From a virus (taxonomy: Duplodnaviria; Caudoviricetes), in IMG/VR virus record IMGVR_UViG_3300032233_002382, positions 243,778-307,777 of that record: DNA of 64,000 nt. The stretch is one strand, 5' to 3'. Shown here one piece after another: positions 58,236 to 64,000 of this stretch; position 1 is the stretch's first letter; every line of letters starts with the position of its first letter. The notes beneath the pieces are model-generated. The model saw only the letters and a list, made by a program, of their open reading frames with translations, was not told where the DNA came from and ran no database searches. Made by a program: the position numbers and the translations under genes.

Positions 58236-58949
58236 CTAAGAAAGTAGAGAAAAAATAGACTTACTCAAGTTGACATGCTTATTGCGAACGATAAAACCCT
58301 CTAAAGAAAGAAGATTCCTGAAATCCGATCTTTGTCTAGAAATCACTCGAATACAAGATAGCAATGTTTTGATATCATCAGGATTTTCAAATTTAGGTAA
58401 GGGCAGCATTTTAAAAAATTCATTAAGGTCACACTTCAGCATTTGATCGTAATAATTTTTAAAGAAATCTGAAGAGTCTACACGTTTAGCGATTGAATAT
58501 GAGTTACCACACAGCAACCGCGCCATATCAGAAAATTCAGAAAGGTCTTCATCAGCGAGACCCTGCCATCGTGAAATAAATCTGCACCTAGACATTATTG
58601 TAGGACAGACGTTATCCACAGATTCTGCGATAAAAATTATCAGATTATTAGACTCTTCACACCATTTTAATAATGAATCTTGAGACACAAGAGATAAGGC
58701 ATGAAAATTATCAAATATTATCGAATTTTCTGTAGACATTTTCAAGTTAGAGACATAATCTATATCGACAGCCTCACAGTCGACTAGGGTAAAATCTAAC
58801 GATCGACCATTGAAATAGTTCATAACGAACGAACACTTCCCAATTCCGTAAGGACCTACACACAGAATAGGAGAAGTCTGCTTATCAAGCGCTCGAGTTA
58901 ACAAGGCTTGCTGCGAGAAGTTGCCTTTTATCATTTTCAAGTTTCTCAA
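58236..58949 (-). CDS. holB: DNA polymerase III delta-prime subunit-like
   Basis: L.VGP.GIGK, Q.SLLK..EE and TIMSRC motifs. Confidence 0.75.
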   Translation of the reverse strand: MRNLKMIKGNFSQQALLTRALDKQTSPILCVGPYGIGKCSFVMNYFNGRSLDFTLVDCEAVDIDYVSNLKMSTENSIIFDNFHALSLVSQDSLLKWCEESNNLIIFIAESVDNVCPTIMSRCRFISRWQGLADEDLSEFSDMARLLCGNSYSIAKRVDSSDFFKNYYDQMLKCDLNEFFKMLPLPKFENPDDIKTLLSCIRVISRQRSDFRNLLSLEGFIVRNKHVNLSKSIFSLLS

Positions 58950-59051
58950 GTCGAATGATCAATTCATAATTACATTTACACATATCACAACGGAAGTGAT
59001 TTGGTTCAGACTGCTGATCTAACGCGTACGAGCAATCAGGGCAGAAAAATA

Positions 59052-59237
59052 TCATAGACTAAACGATCCACCTACAGGTACTGACCAGGTGTGCTTGCAT
59101 TTCACACATTGCATTGTGGTAGTGTGTGATCTTGGTGGACTCACAATAACCGCTTGAAGACTATCACAAGACTGCCCTTTAGTCACCATGTCCGACCCAC
59201 GCTTGCATTTCGCAAATACTTCTTTCTTATCAGCCAT
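59052..59237 (-). CDS. small zinc-ribbon protein
   Basis: CKRG...CDS...CVKC.HTW. Confidence 0.6.
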   Translation of the reverse strand: MADKKEVFAKCKRGSDMVTKGQSCDSLQAVIVSPPRSHTTTMQCVKCKHTWSVPVGGSFSL

Positions 59238-59574
59238 TTATATTCTCCTCACTAAACAATACCGAAAGCGCGACACGAGCAGCTTCAAACACACCTTGAG
59301 GATAAGTCGAAAATAAAGGCTGCGAACCTAAACGTTCTACTGCTAATAACATCTTCGAATAGTCAGAATAAGGTATTTTCCGTAAGACAAGACCATTCGA
59401 CAAGCTTATTGTAACCATATCTAGCCCTGAATATGAAAGATCGGGCTGAACCTTGACCTTAGAAAACTTCATGGCTACTACAATTGAAGCATATGTATCA
59501 ATGGCACGATCATAAGTCAAAGGTCTCGTGAATTGACCTTTATACTTAAAATCACGACTAGTCCCATCCATCAC
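59230..59574 (-). CDS. hypothetical protein
   Basis: 114-aa coupled ORF. Confidence 0.5.
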   Translation of the reverse strand: MMDGTSRDFKYKGQFTRPLTYDRAIDTYASIVVAMKFSKVKVQPDLSYSGLDMVTISLSNGLVLRKIPYSDYSKMLLAVERLGSQPLFSTYPQGVFEAARVALSVLFSEENING

Positions 59575-62345
59575 ATCAGCCTTAGTGCGATTTTATATAT
59601 ATTGAACCAAGGCCTACATGTCGCAGTACTTCGTACATAAGCGGCGACGCGCTTGAATTTACCATCCACTATTTCGAATCCGACAGCTTTTGCTAAGCCT
59701 AACTTTTGTTCCTGGGTGAGCGAGGTCGGCAGTGGCGGTATTTTTGCGATTTCAGCTCTACTGAGTCCATCCGATTTCATTAGAAGCGCTATCTGTTCAT
59801 CCCAGTAATCCTCGAGCGCTTCTTGCAAAGCCTCCAATTCAGATAATTCCTCATCAGAGTAACCACGAGGCTTAAGTGTAAGGAATCCGTCACGCTGAAG
59901 CCTAGATAAAGCACGGATATCATCATAGGCATCTGCAGTTTGCGGGTTATACTGGGCAGTACTCTGGTCTTTAACAGCTTTAAAGGCTCTTGTATTGAGT
60001 GCCTTTAATTGTTCCTTGCTTATGGGTTCCGGCCACGGCTTGATGGAACGAACCACATCTCTGGTTAAAGAGAAGGGAGCTCGAACCAGCTTATCCGAAA
60101 GGACATCGAAGTACTCATCCAGAACATCGCCTGAAGCCGCCGTTTGCAGATAGTTCGATTCGAACAATTTAACTAACATGGCGGCATCAATTAATTCTTG
60201 AGGCAGAATCTCCGCCAATTCGGCATCACTAAGGTATGAAGCCTTTATATCATCTATGTTCCAGTCGTCAGGGTCTTGTTTAGCAAGATTCTCGTAGTAC
60301 GAACGTTGAGCAGGAGTTAAGTCACCCCAAGCCTTGCCAACCGGAGATAACGCCTTACCGGTCTCATCCTTAACTTTCTCGAATTCGAGTTTTTCAGCAG
60401 GAGTAAGATCGCGGAATTTCTGTATATAGAGATATCTGTTGGCTTTAAGCTGCTTCTTGTGTTTTGCCGGGAGCTGGAAATAAGTGTAAATGTCCTTCGG
60501 GAACTCTCTAGTCAAGACGGGAAGCAATTCGGGAAATTTAGATTGGATTTCAGGATCTTTCACATAAGCACTGAGGCTAGTAAGATCTTCTCGGCTAGCA
60601 GTACCGTCAATGACCTTGGCAAGCACCTTTGATAGACGATCCGCCTTAGAAGAATCTACGCCACGATCCTCACCTAAAGCCTCAAATAGTATTTCTACGG
60701 CTTCCATGAACTGCTTGAAAGGCTCTGAATTCTTTATACGATTAAGCGATCGTTTATTCTTTTGGAATTCCGTAGTAAAACTATCCGCTTTTTCTTCTTC
60801 CTTTACACGAGTTTTAGACTGCTGACTGACGTCAGCTTGGTATATATCCTTTAGAAGATCAATTTCTTGATCCGTGAAAGCCGACTCGATCGCCTTTTGC
60901 AGTTTCTTGCGCATATCACCAAGACGACCCGGCCGATCAACGACCGCCTGAGCCGCCATTGACAACTCGATCCCATCCGGATCATTCCAGTTCGCCATTA
61001 CAAGTGGGGTCTGACCTTGAGCCACAGTGGAAGGATCGTTTGAATATAATTTTATGAAATTCTTAAACTCGTCTATATTACTGAAATTATATCCGAACTT
61101 TTCTCCGGCCTTAACCATCATAAGGTCTAAGAAGTCCTGATTCTTTTTCATATTTCGATCGATACGAGTCGCAACGTCGCCTTTATCGTCTTCAAAAATC
61201 TGTTCCCATAATAATTTATAAGCCAAACCTAAATCGGCAATGTTCTTATCGATCTTAGGTAACGCGCTCTTGAATGCTTCTTGTACACGCTTAGAGGCAA
61301 AGGTATCGGATTCAAGAGTTTTTAAGAAATCTTCATCAACCTCAGCCGAAGGAATACGACTCTCACCGGGCTCAAGAACGTCACCACCCTCGTCACGACG
61401 CTCAAAGATAGACATCGGCTCGACGCGCCGCATAGTGATAGGTGACCGGCTAGGCTCGATGTTCTCAAATGTAATCGGTCGACCCTCTTCATCGGTCTTA
61501 TTACTGTCCGACAGTTTCTTTTCAATATACTCAACACGTTCTTGATCAGATGGCTTCCATTCTGGTGTACCCTTCTTGCCCTTTAAATAGGCAAGTTCTC
61601 CAACGAGATCATTTACTTTCTGCTTGTTCTTTCGCAAAGAATCGCGAGCCGCGTTCATCAAGAATTTCTTAAACACGTTTAAAGCTACATCAGGACTTTT
61701 GGCCGAAGGCATTTCAGGATTTTCAGTAAATGACCAGCCATTTTCGCGGAATCTCTTTAATAGGTAGACTATTTTATCCTGGATGATATCGCGAGCAGCA
61801 TCATCACTACTTTTAAGAACGCGACTTACTAAAGCGATACATTCACGACCAATTTGGGTTGCAGATTTCGATAGGGAAACGCCAGGGAAACTGAAATTTA
61901 ACAAAGCAATGATCGACTGACCTACGAAATTGGCGTTCACCTTATCGATCGACTCTAGCTTGCTTGAATTTTGCTCGATCGCCTTTATTTCTTTATCATT
62001 TAAAGATTCGACTTCAGGTGCTTCTTCTTTCTTTTTCTTCTTGCGACCAGTAGAGGCTTCTTCTTTTTCCTTAACGACTTTCTTCTTAACTTCTGGCGCA
62101 ACATCTACTGTGAGAATAGGCTCAGTCGGAACATCGGCGTTATTGGCCAGCAGGAATGCTTTGATCGCATCCATACGCTTAACTTCAGCTGGCGATATAC
62201 TACCCTGCTGCTGCTTTCCTAAAAGTATGGCATATTGCTTTGCAAAATTATCAGTAGCAGAAGCCGTCCTTAAACGGCCAAACGCTACGAGAAATCGACG
62301 GGTATCGGCAGATAATATATGCATGGCCATCCTCAGATGGAACAT
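59571..62345 (-). CDS. large protein with an ECF sigma region-2-like segment and (K/R)xAS / KIALRL motifs
   Basis: LVSRVLKSSDDAARDIIQDKIVYLL...F...FKKFLMNAARDSLRKNKQK. Confidence 0.55.
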   Translation of the reverse strand: MFHLRMAMHILSADTRRFLVAFGRLRTASATDNFAKQYAILLGKQQQGSISPAEVKRMDAIKAFLLANNADVPTEPILTVDVAPEVKKKVVKEKEEASTGRKKKKKEEAPEVESLNDKEIKAIEQNSSKLESIDKVNANFVGQSIIALLNFSFPGVSLSKSATQIGRECIALVSRVLKSSDDAARDIIQDKIVYLLKRFRENGWSFTENPEMPSAKSPDVALNVFKKFLMNAARDSLRKNKQKVNDLVGELAYLKGKKGTPEWKPSDQERVEYIEKKLSDSNKTDEEGRPITFENIEPSRSPITMRRVEPMSIFERRDEGGDVLEPGESRIPSAEVDEDFLKTLESDTFASKRVQEAFKSALPKIDKNIADLGLAYKLLWEQIFEDDKGDVATRIDRNMKKNQDFLDLMMVKAGEKFGYNFSNIDEFKNFIKLYSNDPSTVAQGQTPLVMANWNDPDGIELSMAAQAVVDRPGRLGDMRKKLQKAIESAFTDQEIDLLKDIYQADVSQQSKTRVKEEEKADSFTTEFQKNKRSLNRIKNSEPFKQFMEAVEILFEALGEDRGVDSSKADRLSKVLAKVIDGTASREDLTSLSAYVKDPEIQSKFPELLPVLTREFPKDIYTYFQLPAKHKKQLKANRYLYIQKFRDLTPAEKLEFEKVKDETGKALSPVGKAWGDLTPAQRSYYENLAKQDPDDWNIDDIKASYLSDAELAEILPQELIDAAMLVKLFESNYLQTAASGDVLDEYFDVLSDKLVRAPFSLTRDVVRSIKPWPEPISKEQLKALNTRAFKAVKDQSTAQYNPQTADAYDDIRALSRLQRDGFLTLKPRGYSDEELSELEALQEALEDYWDEQIALLMKSDGLSRAEIAKIPPLPTSLTQEQKLGLAKAVGFEIVDGKFKRVAAYVRSTATCRPWFNIYKIALRLM

Positions 62346-62362
62346 GCTAACAAAGGCTTATA

Positions 62363-63649
62363 CTATCCGGCTAGAGCCACTACCCTGAGTTTCGATAATG
62401 CTTCATTACGAATCTTATTCACTCTGTTAACAGACATATCCAAAGAAGCAGCTATGGTCTTGATAGAAGTCTCTTCAAGATCGGCTTTTTGGATGATACT
62501 AGCTTCTACAGGAGTAAGGCAGGCAAGCTTAATTATGTTATATAAATCGTTTCGAGTGTTGACCGAAGTAATCTCCGAATCATCATTCACTGAAACATCC
62601 GATTCTGTTTCAGTAGTATCTGATCGAGATGCAGCACTGAACACCGATACAGTACCATCATCTGAGTGCCCGCTAGCCTCATCCCTTGCGTCATCGGTAC
62701 GAGACATACTCTTAAAATGATTAATCACATCATTATCTATGATCATGTTTGCATACTTCAGAAGACCCGCATCAATAGTAGCTTCTTTGGGGTTGCGAAA
62801 GATATACCGAGGCAAAGCAAACACTTTATTACTATTATTCCAATTTCGCAGAAACGGAGTAAGTTGAGAGTCATTCCACCTGAGCTTTAGTATCGACTTC
62901 ATCACAGCCGGATCTGACCATCGATGATTAAGAGATATATTTCGGAGCTTAAGGGATGCCTTGCCTTTTTCACACTCGTCACAAACCACGGTTGGCCGTT
63001 TATTATAATGAGCTACACAGTAGCCTCGGCTATAATGACGCTGAGAGCAACCCTCGATACCACACAAACCGCCTGAGTAAGGAATGGACGTTTGAACCGA
63101 AGTACATTCATGCTCGGTAAACTCGGAAGGCTTTAGTCGACCCTGACGATACAGTGACTCGAGAGTATTGAAGTCCTTGGCACTAAAGGTCACGATCCCT
63201 TTTTCGTCTCGCGATCCAAGACCCATCAACTTCAATACCTTAGCAGTATCAATCGTGTGATTTTGAACGCTATAAAAATAGCGCTCATAATCGAACTTTG
63301 CATAAGACAAAATATCCTTGATTGCCCAAAGCGAATCCGATGAAGTTCGCTTCCCGTGGATAGGACGAATCATGCTAAGGTTGGTAACAGGAACCCCTCC
63401 AAGCATCCTAGAGGCATCGTCCAGATTGACCAAATCGTCAGTCAAGTGCTTGAAAAACCAACGGGAAACGAAGTCCTTAGATAACAAACGCAACCTGACA
63501 CGCTGGACCGTATCTGGGATACGATCCTTATCACGCTTATAGTGTTTGCTTACTTTTCCATGGACCCAAACGTGCCATTGAGCCAAAAATTCGGAAGTCG
63601 AAGGAATAAACACAGAAACAAAGCTATCTAGAGACTGGTTACTCGTCAT
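62363..63649 (-). CDS. RNA polymerase sigma-70-family factor with an internal zinc-binding insertion
   Basis: Region-2-like D.VQRVRLRLL...F, CGIEGC...HYSRGYCVAHY insert, and region-4 LTPVEASII...TIAASLDMSVNRVNKIRNEALSKLR. Confidence 0.7.
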   Translation of the reverse strand: MTSNQSLDSFVSVFIPSTSEFLAQWHVWVHGKVSKHYKRDKDRIPDTVQRVRLRLLSKDFVSRWFFKHLTDDLVNLDDASRMLGGVPVTNLSMIRPIHGKRTSSDSLWAIKDILSYAKFDYERYFYSVQNHTIDTAKVLKLMGLGSRDEKGIVTFSAKDFNTLESLYRQGRLKPSEFTEHECTSVQTSIPYSGGLCGIEGCSQRHYSRGYCVAHYNKRPTVVCDECEKGKASLKLRNISLNHRWSDPAVMKSILKLRWNDSQLTPFLRNWNNSNKVFALPRYIFRNPKEATIDAGLLKYANMIIDNDVINHFKSMSRTDDARDEASGHSDDGTVSVFSAASRSDTTETESDVSVNDDSEITSVNTRNDLYNIIKLACLTPVEASIIQKADLEETSIKTIAASLDMSVNRVNKIRNEALSKLRVVALAG

Positions 63650-64000
63650 GTGATCTCCATGCGGCGAACACTTCGCCGACTTAACGGAGTTCCCGATTAG
63701 GGAATTTCCGATCTATTTATTATTATAGCATACTTGAGTCTGTCGAGTCAATATCTCTGACTTCTCCATCTTTTCAAGCATACTGGTTATTAGTTGAGCT
63801 CGCCTAAATCTAAAACGAGATGCGCGCCTGGACTTAAAACAAGACCCAGATAAGTACGTTGAAAGCCGCTCGTTTTCGGGATACTTCTGACACATTCTCC
63901 AGCTTTCGCGCATATATTCGAGACCTACCCTAAGGCACACCTTTTGGTCCCGCTCTAAATCTGACCCATCAAATCCCGTAGTTTTAGAAACAGCATATCC

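Noticed and set aside
17549-62720. Many short antisense or overlapping ORFs in the track (e.g. 17549..17968, 19784..20071, 27841..28350, 43086..43412, 61930..62388, 62319..62720)
   Set aside because: They lie opposite well-supported genes and have no motifs or RBS.
63713-63940. 75-aa ORF at the right edge
   Set aside because: No motif or SD; the region more likely holds the sigma-gene promoter and leader hairpins.
1-64000. CRISPR array, rRNA/tRNA genes, reverse transcriptase/DGR, inteins or introns in terL, nrdJ or dnaE
   Set aside because: No repeat-spacer array, RT motifs, intein termini or interrupted reading frames were seen.
1-64000. Alternative genetic code or eukaryotic giant virus origin
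   Set aside because: Long ORFs end normally at TAA, TAG and TGA. Terminase, portal, HK97-type capsid, SD sites and bacterial-type replication genes indicate a tailed bacteriophage.

Overview
This window is part of a large (jumbo-type) tailed dsDNA bacteriophage genome read with the standard code. It is almost entirely coding and mostly on the minus strand. Left part (1-18.7 kb): tail-fibre/virion-like genes interleaved with accessory genes (PHP-less DnaE, pyrimidine-dimer glycosylase, PLP aminotransferase, C39 peptidase, TrmH/SpoU methylase, agmatinase-like enzyme), six tandem Cys/His mini-proteins and a ~500-nt ORF-poor, hairpin-rich candidate ncRNA. Middle (18.7-39.4 kb): head morphogenesis (major capsid, decoration, scaffold, prohead protease, portal, terminase) plus many unknown acidic proteins sharing (I/V)A-x-(R/K)-(I/V)A and (K/R)-x-A-S motifs, possibly a capsid-cargo tagging/processing system. 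Right part (39.4-64 kb): transcription factors (three sigma-like proteins, NusG) and a bacterial-style replication/repair set (DnaX, HolA, HolB, beta clamp, primase, 5'-3' exonuclease, SbcD, a half SbcC, RecD2, RecB-like nuclease, class II RNR). The NAD-dependent ligase is split into two oppositely oriented genes. Several non-structural genes appear leaderless (TG-TANNNT-N5-6-start). All calls come from motif recognition by eye; no database searches were run.
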